From: an uncultured virus (IMG/VR IMGVR_UViG_3300050513_000092)
Lineage: Duplodnaviria; Heunggongvirae; Uroviricota; Caudoviricetes
DNA: 64,000 nucleotides
IMG/VR virus record: IMGVR_UViG_3300050513_000092
Direction: 5' to 3' (one strand)
This document shows, one piece after another, positions 1 to 11,993 of the stretch; the first letter of the stretch is position 1, and each line of letters starts with the position of its first letter. The notes under the pieces were generated by a model. The model did not search any database, was not told where the DNA came from, and worked only from the letters and a program-made list of their open reading frames with translations. The position numbers and the translations under genes are program-made.

Positions 1-468
1 GACCCTTCCCTTGTCGTCGGTGAGGTCGATGCTGCCCGAGTAGAGCATGCCATCGATCTCGAACTGGATCGGTGCCTCAACGAGCACCGGCATTATCCCA
101 GGAGCAACTTCTCTGTGCTGCTTCTGGATAAGTCTAACACCCTGATCCTTCGCCTCGCCGGGGTCTTCCGCAGGGTCCGTCACCTCCCGCACCAGGCGGT
201 CGTACGAGTCGCTGAAGACGCTCACCACAGCCTCTTCGGGGAGGTCGATCTTGGCGACCAGCTTGCCGAGCATGTTCTCCTCGAACGCCTCGTGAGCGGC
301 GATGCCGAGGGACTGCTTGATGGTGGGCGGCGCCTTCAGGTTCTTGACGTAGGCGTACTCCCATTGAACGCCACACCGCAGGAAGGTCGTGATCGACGAG
401 GCTGACAGGATGAGGCGGCCATCCGCATATTCGAGCTCGTCGAAGCCGTCGTCATCGTCCAGGCTCAC
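1..468 (-). CDS. RecB-family PD-(D/E)XK exonuclease (Cas4-like), runs off the left edge
   Basis: Not in the ORF track. Manual translation from GTG at 468 gives MSLDDDDGF...LSASSITTFLRCGVQWEYAY...GIAAHEAFE...VEAPIQFEIDGMLYSGSIDL, the PDDEXK_1 pattern. Confidence 0.8.
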   Translation of the reverse strand, partial: MSLDDDDGFDELEYADGRLILSASSITTFLRCGVQWEYAYVKNLKAPPTIKQSLGIAAHEAFEENMLGKLVAKIDLPEEAVVSVFSDSYDRLVREVTDPAEDPGEAKDQGVRLIQKQHREVAPGIMPVLVEAPIQFEIDGMLYSGSIDLTDDKGRV

Positions 469-1706
469 GGGTACTTCCACCCTGATCCATCTGGATCTGG
501 AACCAATCGCGTCGTCGATCTCGTGAGCACAACCCGCGGCCCGGCAGTGCCCTCGGTGCCACCGCACCAGCACGAGATGGTGTAAGGGACCTCACCGTCG
601 CCCAGGACCGTGATGTCCGCGCTGCACCAGCCTCCGTAGTAGGCCGAGTGGTAAGAGACCGGGTGGGGGCACCACGCGCAGGCTAGGTCTTCTTGTCGGG
701 TGCTGCCGTCCCTGTCATCCATCGCGGGTCAGTGGATCGGTTCGCCGGAAGCTTCCCGGTCCGCCTTGTCTGGCTCTTGCTTGGCCGCTCCGGCAGCGGG
801 CTCTGCTTCTTCTTCTCCATCGGGTTTCTCCTCGAAGCACTTGGCGGGGTGGAGGTTGTTGAAGCCTGCCACGAGCGGCGCGACCTTGTCGACCGTGACG
901 GTGGCGTTGACGAATGCCTCGCAGGTATCGCAGAGGAGCTGGAGCTGGACCTTGGCGGTCATGGCAGCGGCTCCGGGCAAGGGATCTTCCACGTCCCTTC
1001 GATGCCCTCGGGATCTGGCATGAGGTGGGCAGGCTGGAAGCGGTGCGCCACGATGGCGTCATGGTCGAAGGTGACCGTGCCCTTGTTGCCCGGCAGGGGC
1101 ATGACCTCGAGGTACTCCGTCTCGACCCACCTCGGGCGTCCGCACTCTCCGCAGACCAGCGGCAGGTCGTGGTGGTCGCAGGTCACAGCTTCTTCCAGTA
1201 CTGGACGATGCGACCATTGTCACGGCTGGTTTCGCGGTCATAGGGCCACATCGTTGGGAGCCAGGGCTTGCCGTCGGTGGGCTCGCCATCGGGTCCGGGC
1301 TGCGCTGAGGAGTAGTAGACCTGGACCCATGTCTCCGGCAGTCGCCTCGTGAGGCTGGCAATCACCCGATTTCCCCACCAGACAGCAGCGACTAGGGCGA
1401 GTCCGAACGCGACCACGATGAAGAGCGCAACGTCTTCGCTCACATCTGCTCCAGGATGTCGCGGCCGAATGGTGGCAGCGTCGCGGCGAGCTGGCGCAGC
1501 CAGGCGCGGCGGCGCTGGCCGAGGTTGTGCAGGACGTGCGGCCGCAGCACCGAGACCTGGTTCTGCCTGACGAGCTCGAGGATCTCGATCTTGGCCCGCT
1601 GGTAGGCGGCCGAGTCGTCGAGGGCGAAGCGCGCGACGTCGGTCCAGCGCTTCAGCTCGTAGGTGAGCTGCTCCTGGGAAATCGCCCCGAGGCTGGGTCG
1701 CGGCAA
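465..1706 (-). CDS. Five small coupled hypothetical genes (465-722, 729-962, 959-1186, 1183-1443, 1440-1706); several carry CxxC motifs, one has an N-terminal TM helix
   Basis: Overlapping stop/start junctions; AGGAGG upstream of 1706. Confidence 0.6.
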
Positions 1707-1723
1707 GGTGCCCTCCTGCTTAC

Positions 1724-1775
1724 TGCGGCCGTCCCCCGGGGGGAGGAGGGGACGGCCGCATTGCTGCGGATTCTA
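1724..1775 (-). promoter_or_regulatory. Putative promoter -10 (TAGAAT, 1770-1775) followed by a 13-bp 5' hairpin
   Basis: TGCGGCCGTCCCC (1724-1736) and GGGGACGGCCGCA (1748-1760) form a perfect inverted repeat just downstream of a terminator. Confidence 0.5.
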
Positions 1776-1825
1776 CCGGATTGCTATGAGGTCTGGCTCG
1801 CGTTTCAGGCATCCCGCCGAAGGCA

Positions 1826-1870
1826 CAAAAAAGGCGCGCCCGGGGCTCGCAGATGGAGCCCCAGGCGCCC
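1826..1870 (-). terminator. Rho-independent terminator
   Basis: Minus strand reads GGCGCCTGGGGCTC...GAGCCCCGGGCGC-GCC-TTTTTT after the stop of gene 1907-2329. Confidence 0.8.
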
Positions 1871-1906
1871 CTCCGCCCTGACGTGGAGGTCTGGCTGGTC
1901 CGGATT

Positions 1907-3199
1907 CTACCGCAGGCCCGCCCATCTGCCCACCCTCGAGTTGCGGAGCTCGAACGGTGCGCTCGCCAGGAGCGACCGCACCCTGGCCCTGTCTGCGGCA
2001 GCAAGGCTGGCAGGCAGGCGAATGCCGAGATCGTGCAGCGCGGTGCGGTAGGCGAAGACGTGCTCGTAGAAGATCCTCAGAGCTGTTCGTTCGCGGTCCG
2101 GATGTCGTCCCCAGACCACCGCATCGGACACCTTGGGCCACGATGGTCTGGAGTCGAACACGAGCTTCAGGAAGCGCCGCAGCCCTGAGCGGGTCATCCT
2201 GCGGTCAGACCAGTGGATCGTGCCCTGACGGTCGATAGCGCCGCGTCCATGATCCCTGCGGAAGCAGCCATCGAAGCAGACCTCGACCTCGTAGCGCAGG
2301 GCCAGGTCGCGGTAGGTGTGGCCCTTCATGGCCGCTCCAGGTAGAGGATCTCGAGCCTGACGTGGTAAGCCCGCTGGCACCCATCGCAATCGGTCGGCTC
2401 GCCGTCCTCGTAGTGATCCTGTAGGAGTCGCTCGCGCTCTTCAGCGAGCAGTCCCAAGGCAATCGGGGTGGCGTTCTGGGGTAAGCCGGCCACCTGGCCG
2501 ACCGGATCTGCACTGTCGTTCATCTCGTACCTCCGATGGTGGGATGCGGACCCGCGATGCTCGCCTCCGAACGCTCGAGGGCGATGGCGGCGCGGACCCT
2601 GGCCTCGAGCAGGAGGAACGCCGGGCGGTCGACCTCCTCGGGATTTGTGGCATGCCGACGCGAGCGGAATGGGCCGTGGGCCAGACGACCGGCCAGGCTG
2701 GCGACCAGCTCGGCCTCGACCTCGGACAGCAGGGCGACCCACTGGCTGCGGTTGCCGCGGCTCTCGGGAGCCGTGAACTTGCGCTCCAGCAGCTCGAACA
2801 CCGGGTCGCTGCGGATGCGGGACCAGCAGCGCACCGGGATGCGGACCTCGATCATCGGTGCGCGAGCACCTTCGCCTTGGGCCAGCGCCGACAGCGCTCG
2901 GCCAGCCACTCCAGGACATCGAGCGCCCCCTCCAGGTCGCCCCAGCCGTTCTCCGGCTCCCATTGCCGGAAGTAGGCTGGATCGGCCTCGATGGCGGCGA
3001 TCCCGCGCTCCAGGAATGGCAGCAGGTCGGAGGCAAGCGGGTGCTCGTCGATGATCTCGCCGAAGGTGTGCTCACCGTCTGGCTCGACCGCATCTGCCCA
3101 GATCCGCCCGACGTTGCTGGTGTAGTTGCGGTCCCCATCCTCGAGGTCGGCGAGCGCCTCACCGCCGACGTCGGCGACGAAGTGGAAGTCGTAGCTCAT
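1907..3199 (-). CDS. Four hypothetical genes (1907-2329, 2326-2523, 2520-2855, 2852-3199)
   Basis: ATGA-type overlaps; starts trimmed to Met codons with an RBS. Confidence 0.6.
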
Positions 3200-3633
3200 G
3201 TCTCCTCCAGTGGCCGCTGGCGCCCACCGATGCCCGTGCCCCGGGGGTCGTTGGCATCCATGACCGAGCGCCCATCGTTGTAGCCGAACGGGAATCTCTC
3301 TCCTGCGGGTAGAGCCCACAGGTGGAACTGGTTGGCTCCATCCACCAATCGAGACTCAGCGGGGAACAGCTCGCACGCCTCCCGCTCGGGGCCGAGGATC
3401 TCGTTCTTGATCCGCTGGAAGTGTCGCCAGTCACGCGGGTAGTCACGGTCCTGGCGGCGGATGGACAGCTCGGTCACGCCGTTCTCGCGCTCGAACACGA
3501 GCACGAGGTAGCGATCGTTCTGCCATGCTGCCGCTGGCCGGTCACGCGAGTCCATGTACCTCGCCTGGGCGGGGTTCAGGGCCGTAGGCTGGAGGGGAGT
3601 CCAAGGTCGGCCAGCCCTGACCTTCCTGCTCAC
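3196..3633 (-). CDS. Conserved phage hypothetical protein (DUF7694-like)
   Basis: LSIRRQD...DWRHFQRIKNEILGPEREACELFPAESRLVDGANQFHLW motif. Confidence 0.65.
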   Translation of the reverse strand: MSRKVRAGRPWTPLQPTALNPAQARYMDSRDRPAAAWQNDRYLVLVFERENGVTELSIRRQDRDYPRDWRHFQRIKNEILGPEREACELFPAESRLVDGANQFHLWALPAGERFPFGYNDGRSVMDANDPRGTGIGGRQRPLEET

Positions 3634-4760
3634 GACTTCCTCACCCCGACCTTCTGCCCGGGATGAGCTCGCTTCCAGGCTGCCGAGCGGGCGGCCTTCT
3701 CCGCGCGAGCTCGCTCACGATCACGCTTGGCCCTGGCCCGGGCACGCGACTCGGGCGTGCTGCGATCCACCAGCGCGTCTCGCTGGCGGTAGATGGCGCG
3801 TGCCACCTTGTCGGGCAGCACCAGGCGGGTCAGCCCGCCTGAGCCGTCCGTAACCTGGAGGAAGATCAGGAAGCCGTCCTCCTCGCTGCGAAGCGTCTGC
3901 ACCACGGCGGTCGTGACGCTGTTGACGATGGGGACGACCTGCATGATGGTCGTCGCCTTGGTGGCCCGCACGTCGGGCAATCCGTCGAGGGTGCCCAGCA
4001 CCCGGTCGAATCGGTCAGACATTGGCCGCTCGTCGTTCATTCCCATACCACTCCAGTCCGCTGTGAGGTACGAGCCAACGCCTCCGGCCAGCGGGCCAGC
4101 GAGGCGCGGATCTCCGGGGTGATCGCGAATCGGCTGTCGATCCGGAACCACCGCACCTGCCGCGTGCTGACGGCGCGTGAGAGCGCCGCTGTCAGCGCGT
4201 ACAGGTCATGGATGCCCCCGTACGGGCATTTCACGAACGCCAGCTCCCGACGAGGCCGTGGCCCCTCCGAGACATACGTCACCCGGAAGAGGCGGGGTGG
4301 CGGCGTCAGTCGCGGGTGTACGTCGACCACGGCCCTTCCTCATCTGCGGGGACCACTTCGTCTGCGGGGTAGAGCGTGATCGTCGTCTCGGTGTCCTCCG
4401 GCGTGGCGGGGGTGTACTCGAACTGCTCCTCAATCTCCTGGTCGGCGATGTAGCCGTAGGCGGCGTCGCGCGCCTCGAACTCATCTCTCGCCCCGCGCAC
4501 CTCGATCAGCCAATCGAGGCGGGCCACGATGCGGTAGGTGCTCACCCTTCGATCTCCGCTAGCAGGTCGTCGACCTCGTCGGTGGCGGTGTGGCCGTTGC
4601 CGCACTCCCAATCCGTCGCGTCCATCCGGTCGGTGTTGATGTCCTCCTCTTCGATCAGGGGAAGCTCCTGATCGGTCTCCACCCACTCTTCGGCGGAGTA
4701 GTTGCCGGACACAACGCGCTTCCAGCCCGTGTCGCCGCAGGTCGGGCAGGGGATGCTCAT
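3630..4760 (-). CDS. Four hypothetical genes (3630-4040, 4037-4330, 4306-4545, 4542-4760; the last is zinc-ribbon-like, CPTC...CGNGH)
   Basis: Coupled ORFs. Confidence 0.55.
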
Positions 4761-5290
4761 GCCGCTGTACCTCTGATCGAGCACCACACGATCGCCTGGA
4801 AGTCGCGCGGCGTCTCGCCGACGATCCGCGCTGCCTCCGTGAAGGCGGCCGTGATCCATCGCTGTCGGTGCCGAGTGACCTTGGCGGTCGGCGCCAGGCC
4901 CACGGCCCGCAGGATCCACGAGTCGATCACCACGGCGTCGGTGTCACCCGCGATCGCCGCAGCGAATGCCTTCGTCTTCTGCCCGCTCAGGGCATCCTCT
5001 CCGTCGAGCTCGGCCCACGCCTTGCGGCGGTTGGCCGTGGTCGACACGCTGGGAACCATGTGCCCGGAGAAGCGAGCGGCCACGACCTGCTCGGTCCAGG
5101 CCACGTTGGTTGCCCAGTAGACCCGGGGTGACAGCGCCGCCATCACCCGCGCCACCGTCTCGACCGGGATGCGACCCCGGCCGATCTGGCGGCACAGCTC
5201 CCGCGCCTGGTCGTACCAGCCCCGCCCCTCGTCTCGCTGCTCGGTCGAGGTGGCCTCGTACAGGCGCACCAGCCCATCGACCGGGCTCAT
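4757..5290 (-). CDS. Conserved phage protein (DUF7178-like, helical fold)
   Basis: GRGWY, AALSPRVYWATN, GQKTKAF, VVIDSW and PRDFQAIVW motifs. Confidence 0.6.
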   Translation of the reverse strand: MSPVDGLVRLYEATSTEQRDEGRGWYDQARELCRQIGRGRIPVETVARVMAALSPRVYWATNVAWTEQVVAARFSGHMVPSVSTTANRRKAWAELDGEDALSGQKTKAFAAAIAGDTDAVVIDSWILRAVGLAPTAKVTRHRQRWITAAFTEAARIVGETPRDFQAIVWCSIRGTAA

Positions 5291-5754
5291 TCTCCGTCCT
5301 GGGCTGCGATCATCCCGGTGATCCGAGGATGCGGCGTGATCTGCCCGTGCTGGGCCATCGAGTAGATCTTGTCTGGCGGGCCGATGATGAGGTGGTCCTC
5401 CAGGAAGTGCTCGCTCAGATTGGCGACCACCATGATCTGCCTCGTCAGGTCGAGGTCGATCTTGGTCGGCTTCACGTTGCCGTCCGGGTGGTTGTGCATC
5501 AGCCAGAAGCGATCCGCGCCTGACGCTGCCAGCGCAGACAGGATCACCGGGATGGGTGCCGGGACGGAGTGGTAGTCACCCCGTCCGATCTCGACCACGC
5601 TGCGGAGCTGCGTCTCACCGTCGAAGCAGATGATGTGGAACACCTCCTGCGCCGATGTGAACAGGCCCTCCTTGACGCACATCGACACGATGTCGTCGGT
5701 CGTCTTGATCGGGCCTCTGCGCCGCAGCTCGACGGTCGCGAACTGGTATCTCAT
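5287..5754 (-). CDS. radC: RadC-like JAB/MPN domain protein
   Basis: QEVF...HNHPDGNVKPTKID...DHLIIG JAB metal-binding motif. Confidence 0.85.
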   Translation of the reverse strand: MRYQFATVELRRRGPIKTTDDIVSMCVKEGLFTSAQEVFHIICFDGETQLRSVVEIGRGDYHSVPAPIPVILSALAASGADRFWLMHNHPDGNVKPTKIDLDLTRQIMVVANLSEHFLEDHLIIGPPDKIYSMAQHGQITPHPRITGMIAAQDGE

Positions 5755-6114
5755 GGCTCTCCCACGTGTGCCCAGCCGGTCGGGTAGATCTCATCCTCGT
5801 CCTCGTCGAGGACGGCTACCACCTCACGCCCGCACCAGCAGCGAAGGCCGGTGTCGGCCTCCGCTGCCTGGTCGCGGTTCGGCGCCCCCTCGAAGTAGAA
5901 GGCGTCGTGGTCGTCAGCCGCGCTGGAGATCGCTGTAGGCTGCATGCCGCACGTTCTCCAGTGCCTCGGCGATCTCCGCGCAGACACGGAGCTTCACCAC
6001 TGGGTCGGCGGGCAGGAAGATGCCGAGGATCTCGGTGTCCTCCTGCTCGAAGATCAGGGTGTTGCTCGTGCCGCGCACGCTATCGCCGGGGTCCAGGAAG
6101 ATCTGGTTCCGCAT
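5751..6114 (-). CDS. Two small hypothetical genes (5751-5945, 5914-6114)
   Basis: Coupled ORFs with RBS. Confidence 0.5.
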
Positions 6115-6123
6115 GGGGACCTC

Positions 6124-7131
6124 CTAGTTGCTCAGGGCGACGAGCAGATCCGCCGCCTTCTGCTTCTTGCTGGCGGCGTCGCCACCCAGCAGGATGCTCG
6201 ACGCGCGGTTCTCCGCGGCCGAGACCTCACGCTTGCGGTACTGCGTGCCGTAGTCGATGTACTCGACGATCCCGTTCCACAGCCCGTAGGCCGTGCCCCG
6301 GATGTTGTCGAGGTTGGCGCTGCTCTCGTACATGGCGAGCGCCTTGGCGGCGGGTGCCTTGTCGGGGTGAGCAACGATCACGCGCCGCAGCTCGTCGGCG
6401 CTGAGCTTCAGCGGGTTCACGTCCTTGATCGGGAAGACCTGGACCAGTGTGCGGAGCACGTCCTGGTTGCTGATCTTGGTCAGCAGCATGCGTGCCGCGA
6501 TCTTCTCGAACTCCTCGAGGTACTCGAAGGTCAGGCCCAGCGTGCGCTGCGCCTCCTTGACCCGTGCCTCGACCCCGCTCGTGTGCCGCAGCTTGATCTC
6601 GCTGAGGTGGGATCCCAGCGCTGCGGTGAGCGTGTTCTTGCAGACGACCCGGACCAGGGTGACGAGCGCCCGCAGCGCCATCCGGCCGTCGTGGCCGTTC
6701 ACCACAAGCAGGTACGGCAGCATGGTGCCGTCATCGCCCGCCACCTTGACGTGCTTGGGCAGCTCCATGCTGAGGAAGACGACGCGGCCCTCGCGCAGCG
6801 CGCCCGCCGTCTCGTACTTGGCCTCGCCCGACTCCACGATCGCATCGGCGAAGGCGAAGGCGTCGAGGTTCTGGACGACGTGGAAGCCGGGGCTCACCAC
6901 GCCGAGCGGCTTGCCATCACTCGATCGCACGTTGGCGACCCGGCCGGGGATCTTGATGACCGACCGCTTGGGGTCGATGATGTTGCGGACGAAGATCGGC
7001 TTCTGCACGACCGTCCAGTCCAGCCCAGCGGCGACGATCGCCTGCTCGGCGGTCTGCAACCCGTCGACCTTGGTTCCGAATCCGTGCCAGGGCACATCCC
7101 TGGCGTACATCAGGGTCTCGACTTCAGGCAA
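6124..7131 (-). CDS. DUF932 (TIGR03299-like) phage/plasmid protein
   Basis: TTG start after AGGAGG; VETLMYARDVPWHG, AGLDWTV, YETAGAL, NGHDG, VRVVCKNTL, RHT and GTAYGLWNGIVEYID motifs. Confidence 0.9.
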   Translation of the reverse strand: MPEVETLMYARDVPWHGFGTKVDGLQTAEQAIVAAGLDWTVVQKPIFVRNIIDPKRSVIKIPGRVANVRSSDGKPLGVVSPGFHVVQNLDAFAFADAIVESGEAKYETAGALREGRVVFLSMELPKHVKVAGDDGTMLPYLLVVNGHDGRMALRALVTLVRVVCKNTLTAALGSHLSEIKLRHTSGVEARVKEAQRTLGLTFEYLEEFEKIAARMLLTKISNQDVLRTLVQVFPIKDVNPLKLSADELRRVIVAHPDKAPAAKALAMYESSANLDNIRGTAYGLWNGIVEYIDYGTQYRKREVSAAENRASSILLGGDAASKKQKAADLLVALSN

Positions 7132-8980
7132 CGAGGGCCTCCTTCGTGAGGTATTCGTCGATGCGGGCGAGCAGGGCGTCCAGATCGCCGCCATCAGGTC
7201 TGTGCAGCCCGTGGCTGGCCTTCTCCAGCTCGACGGGCCTGCTCTTGAAGGTGAAGAACTCGCCGGTATGCGACCACTCGAAGGTCAGGATCGGGGTGAG
7301 CGAGTCCTGCGACTCGATATAGCCCACGCCGACGTTGGGCCACTGGTAGTCCACCCTCACGTCGAGGTCGTGTGCTCCAGCGATGGCTACGAGCCGGTCG
7401 AAGAACTTCCCCTGCGTCGTCCTCATGTCTGTGCGTCGTCTAGGCTCACGTCCCAGTCCTCGTACGGGTCTCCGGCGAACCAGCCGGTATCCTCGAGGCC
7501 GAGCTCCAGCTTGTCGGCCACCTTGTCCTCGCTCCAATATGTCTCAGCCAATCCACTCGCCGTCTCTGCGTCCGGTGCGGAGACGCTGATGTAGATGGGC
7601 ACATCGACCGTGACGATGAAGCGGCGGTGCTCATCCACGCGCTGCCTCCTTGATTGCTTCCCGGATCATCCGCGGCACGGCCGCCTCGATGAATACCTGG
7701 AGCTTGAACGGGTACTCGCCGCGCTGGATCGAGCGGACGCTCATCGCGCCGATCTCGACCTCGACGCTCTCATGCGTGATGGGCTGGCTCGGACTGTCGG
7801 GGGCGACAGTCACGTCGACGCCGATCTTCATCGGTCCTCCATGAGGATCCAGTCGGCCCGGTCGCGGGCCGCCTCATCGACCTGGATATCGGCTCCGTTG
7901 GGGCGCCGCTCCCAGGTCTCTCCGTCGCCGTCGATGTAGCGCGCATCCTCCTCGGCGTCGAGCCGAGCCTTGTCGCTGCGGTACAGCCCGCGGTGGTAGG
8001 CGACTTCCTCGTTGAAGATGCGCGCGCACTCGGCGCAGTCGTCGAGGTGCCAGCTCTCGTGGCTCTCGTGGTTGGCGGTCACGGCCGCATCGAACTCAGT
8101 CAAAGGGCACCAGCACGACGATCGGTCCCACGTCTCGGTAGACCTCCAGCAGTGGGCGGTGGTTGTTCTCCTCGGCGTCGCTCGCCAGGATCACTTGCGC
8201 GTCACCGGGCAGTCTGAGCAGCAGCTCGCGCAGCACGGCGACGGTCATCGGGGCAACCGGGTCCATCCGGGCTCGGTGCGTCTTGAACATCACGCGTCCT
8301 CGTCGTCGAACTCGGGCACTCCGGCCCACTGGAGCAGAACGACATCGCTCGGGTCGATGTGCTCTGCGAGGCTTTGCAGCTCGGCGAGCTCGCTGTAGCT
8401 GATGCGCTCCTCCTCGATCTCTCCGCGCAGGTATTCGAGTCTCTCCTCGATGGTCATGCCTCTACCTCGAAGCTGAACGGGTCCATGCGGCGTTCGATGT
8501 CGAACAGGTTCACCCGCTCGACCACCGACCTCGGCAGCATGATGTCCTGGCTGTGATCCCAGCCCCTCCTGCGGAAGTGCAGCTTCATGTGCTTCTTCTC
8601 GCCTTCTGGGCTCGGATCAGTGGTAATGACGCTCATCGGGGTTCCGAACGCTCGCCTCGCTGCCACGGCGACCGGGCAGCAGATCGCGATCGAGTAGTCC
8701 CCGTCGATCAGGTCCATAGACCTGTCGATGTCCTCTTGCGTGACCTCAATCAGGACTGACATTCGACGCACCTTCCTCCGCTATCCACCACATCGCCCCT
8801 CGGGTCGAGCGGCACCAGCAGCCCGCACGAGGAGCAGGTCTCGTAGTCGGCTCGACGGGCGTATGCCTCTTCGAGCTTCTCCCACATAGCCTTCAGGTCC
8901 GTGCCGTCGCGCGGCCTGATCGGCGTTGCGAGGATCTCGCCCTCGTCCGAGGGCATGCTGTAAATCGGTAGGTCAGTCAT
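7124..8980 (-). CDS. Run of eight small, mostly acidic hypothetical genes (7124-7426, 7423-7638, 7631-7831, 7828-8103, 8096-8293, 8290-8457, 8454-8762, 8750-8980)
   Basis: Coupled ORFs; 8290-8457 was translated manually (MTIEERLEYLRGEIEEERISYSELAELQ...WAGVPEF). Confidence 0.6.
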
Positions 8981-9091
8981 GGGGTCTCCCCTGTGGCTGT
9001 ACGCGTTTGCCAGGTGGCCGCGAGGCCACCCGGCAAGGGCATAGTGCGCCCTCATCTCACTCGGGGAATAGCCGCGATCCTCCACGTCTGG

Positions 9092-9121
9092 AGTGTACGC
9101 CTGCTTGTCTACGTTGACAAG
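9092..9121 (-). promoter_or_regulatory. Sigma70-type promoter with an overlapping palindromic operator
   Basis: TTGTCA-N17-TACACT on the minus strand; near-perfect palindrome CTTGTCTACGTTGACAAG (9104-9121) covers the -35 element; about 100 nt of hairpin leader precedes gene 8750-8980. Confidence 0.7.
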
Positions 9122-10492
9122 GGCTGTTCGACAAACAGCGACCCAACCCGGTGCATGTGGGCCAGCGGTCCGATGCCATCGACCGCTTCGATCTGACCGG
9201 CGAGCAAGACCCAGGTGTCGGTCTCGTGATCGTCGGTCGCCCCCCACTCTGGAAGGGGCGGGATGTCGTCGACGTCCTTGTACGAGCCATCGGGCTGCTC
9301 GTCATCGGCGTAGGTCTTGCGAAACTCAGTGGCGTCATCGAGCGAGTCGAAGGTGTAGCCCACGATCTCGGTGCCGCCGCTGATGTGCAGCCAGGCGTGC
9401 GTCATCGTCAGTCCTCGAACAGCTCTGTCGGAACGAACTCACTCAGCAGGTCGGCCATCGCATCGACCGCTGGCCCCATGTGCGAGGCCCACCAGTGATC
9501 CCCGATTCGGTACTCCAACTCCTCATGCTTGCTCTGGTCGAGGGCGGCGAGCGCGTCGACCATTACCTGCGCGGTCAGGTCATAGTGAGCGGCTACCAGG
9601 TCGATCACCGCATCCGTCACCGGCCCGAACCCGTACGGGCTGACGTAGTTGTCGCTCATCAGTCGCCCGTGTCGGTTCCGGGTGGCTGGGCGGCGTACCA
9701 ATCACCGGGCGTCAACTCTCGGGGTGCCTCACGACTGGCCTCCGGGGCGATCGTCGTCACCCCGTACAGGGAGATGATCTCGCCGCTCTGGATTTCGGCG
9801 AAAGCGTCAAGCTCCTGGGCGGAACTCTCGATCAACGCATCGAGCGCGTCATCGTCGTTAGCCGTAATGGCGAACGTCACCAGCTTGGTGCTACTCACGT
9901 CCGACCTGTGGGTGCTGGCCCTCGCTGACGGTGCAGGCCACGGAACCGATCGGACCGCCACGCAGGCCCACGAGTGCGGCGGCGGGGTTCTTGGGCAGCC
10001 CGCCTTGCACGGCGACATGCCACCGCTTCCCGTCCGGATCACGGCTGATCCGGATCGGCGTGAAGCTGGCGGCGAGGTCGAAGGCGTACCTCTGTGCGTC
10101 CTTCTTGTCGAGCACCGCCACGCAGGTCCAGGTGTCGGGGAAGATCCCGAGCTCCTCGTACTGCTGTTCGACCGTCTTGGTTGCGGTCATGCGTTCCTCC
10201 TCTGGATGCTGGCGCGACGAACCTGCGGATAGGTCGCATCGGCCTCGTCGATCGTGGGTCGCTGCTCCGGCTTTATCGTCCGGAGCTCAGCGAAGATCTC
10301 TCGGATGTCGTCGAGCTCGGCCTGCTCGACGGGTATCTCCTCGCCCGCCTCTGACGCCGCAACCTGGGCGTCAGTCGGGTCGATGATGAGGCTCATGTCG
10401 CCGTAGTCGACGAACATCTCGCCGTCGAGGATCACGCCATCCCCCGTGTCGCTGGTGATGCGGGCGAGCACGCCCTTGTAGATGGCCTTCAT
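9109..10492 (-). CDS. Five small hypothetical genes (9109-9405, 9408-9659, 9659-9898, 9891-10190, 10187-10492)
   Basis: Coupled ORFs. Confidence 0.6.
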
Positions 10493-11322
10493 TCGACCTC
10501 CGATGTGTCGTGGATCATGGCGAGGATCGAGCGCAGGCTCTCCTCGGTCTCGGCTCGCATCTCGACCAGCTCGCGGATGCGGTTGATCTTCTTGGCGAGC
10601 GGCTCGAACCGCTTCTCCTCGTCCGTCGCGGGCGGTGGTTCGAGGCTGAGCGGCTCCAGCGTGCGTGGGTCGACCCCGCCGCGCCCGTGGTAGAGCGGGC
10701 TCTCGTACAGGTTGCCGCCATTGGGCTGGAACAACTCGCCATCGAGGATCTGCCTGACGTGGTAGCTGCGGTAGACCGACCCATCAGCTCGTCGCTGTGG
10801 AAGGTCGTAGTCGCGCCAGTTGCCGACCAGCGCGATCGGCTTGAGGGCGACTCCACCGATGGCATCCAGCTTGTGCCACTTCTGCGAGGATGCGGCGACG
10901 ACCTCGCAGCGCACGAACTGGCCGAAGCCGTTGTCGTAGTGGACGACCCGCCCTGGCTTGAGCGTCAGGTAGACCGCATTGCTCTCGTCGATCGACTCCC
11001 GCCAACTCCGATCCCAGTCGACCATGCCCTGCACGTCCTGAAGTGTCAGGCCGCGCAGCAGCGATGCCTCGACCATATAGCCGTCGCCCAGGTCCAGGTG
11101 CATGAGCCGCAGCGGTCGCTCGCTGACGACCATGTACGAGGCGTAGCCATCGGCTCGTTGCCAGCGCACGACCTCGCCCACGATCTTGCCCGGTGTGACC
11201 TTGCGTGCCCATGCGGCGAGGTCCGCGATGTACGCCTCTTCGATTGCCCGCCAGTCGTCGCCACGCGAGAGGTTGACCTCTGGCGCCTCGATCGGTGGGC
11301 GGACTAGGGTTGCTCCCATCAC
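10489..11322 (-). CDS. Hypothetical protein, 277 aa
   Basis: Long ORF with phage-like motifs (ADGYASYMV; VHYDNGFGQFVRCEV). Confidence 0.7.
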   Translation of the reverse strand: MMGATLVRPPIEAPEVNLSRGDDWRAIEEAYIADLAAWARKVTPGKIVGEVVRWQRADGYASYMVVSERPLRLMHLDLGDGYMVEASLLRGLTLQDVQGMVDWDRSWRESIDESNAVYLTLKPGRVVHYDNGFGQFVRCEVVAASSQKWHKLDAIGGVALKPIALVGNWRDYDLPQRRADGSVYRSYHVRQILDGELFQPNGGNLYESPLYHGRGGVDPRTLEPLSLEPPPATDEEKRFEPLAKKINRIRELVEMRAETEESLRSILAMIHDTSEVE

Positions 11323-11993
11323 TTGCCCTTCGCCCGGTTCCGGGCCTCAGTCCGCTTGGCGCGTGAGCGCCCCTTGCGAGGATGCTTCGGCTTGCCCTGC
11401 TCGTTGGGCTTCTTCTTCGGCTTCTCGTCGCTGGTCATGGCTCTCCCTTGTGTGTGTACGCGATTGCCAACTCGACCCGACGCTGCCCGCCACGGGGCAG
11501 ACTTACCCCTGTTCTGAGAACTCGGCGTAGTTGCGGTCGAAGTCGAGCAGCACCTCGCCGCAGTCCTCACACTCGATGGCGACGTTGGCATCCACGCCGT
11601 AGGTCACGACCTCGACGTGGTGGCCGACGTGCTCTTCGAGCTCCTCGAACGAGTTGACGCTCATCCCTCCTACCACGGGTACTCGTCGTTCAGCTCCCAC
11701 GCATCAGCGAGCACCGGCCCGTACAGATCCGAGCCACGCCAACTGTTGTCGCCGAAGGCGATCACGCCATCCGCGGCTAGCTTGAGGTCGAGCACGCCCG
11801 TCCGGTCGATGAACTCGTGGCGCGTGTTGCCGAAGCTCATGGCGAGGAAGTGGCTGATGCCTTCATCGTCTGCCACGTCGAACAGGCTGACGACGAATGG
11901 CTCGCCGCCCACTCCGTTGCGGTGGTGCGCCTGCGACAGCACGCGCACTGTCTGAGGATCACCACGCGCGTCGATGTCACGCTCGAGGATCAT
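11319..11993 (-). CDS. Three small genes: 11319-11438 (39-aa Lys/Arg-rich), 11503-11664 (CEDC), 11670-11993
   Basis: ORFs with RBS. Confidence 0.55.

Noticed and set aside
5944..7594. Long plus-strand ORFs (401 and 389 aa), and similar antisense ORFs such as 31871-33607 and 45881-48175
   Set aside because: These are shadow ORFs opposite well-supported genes in high-GC DNA, with no motifs.
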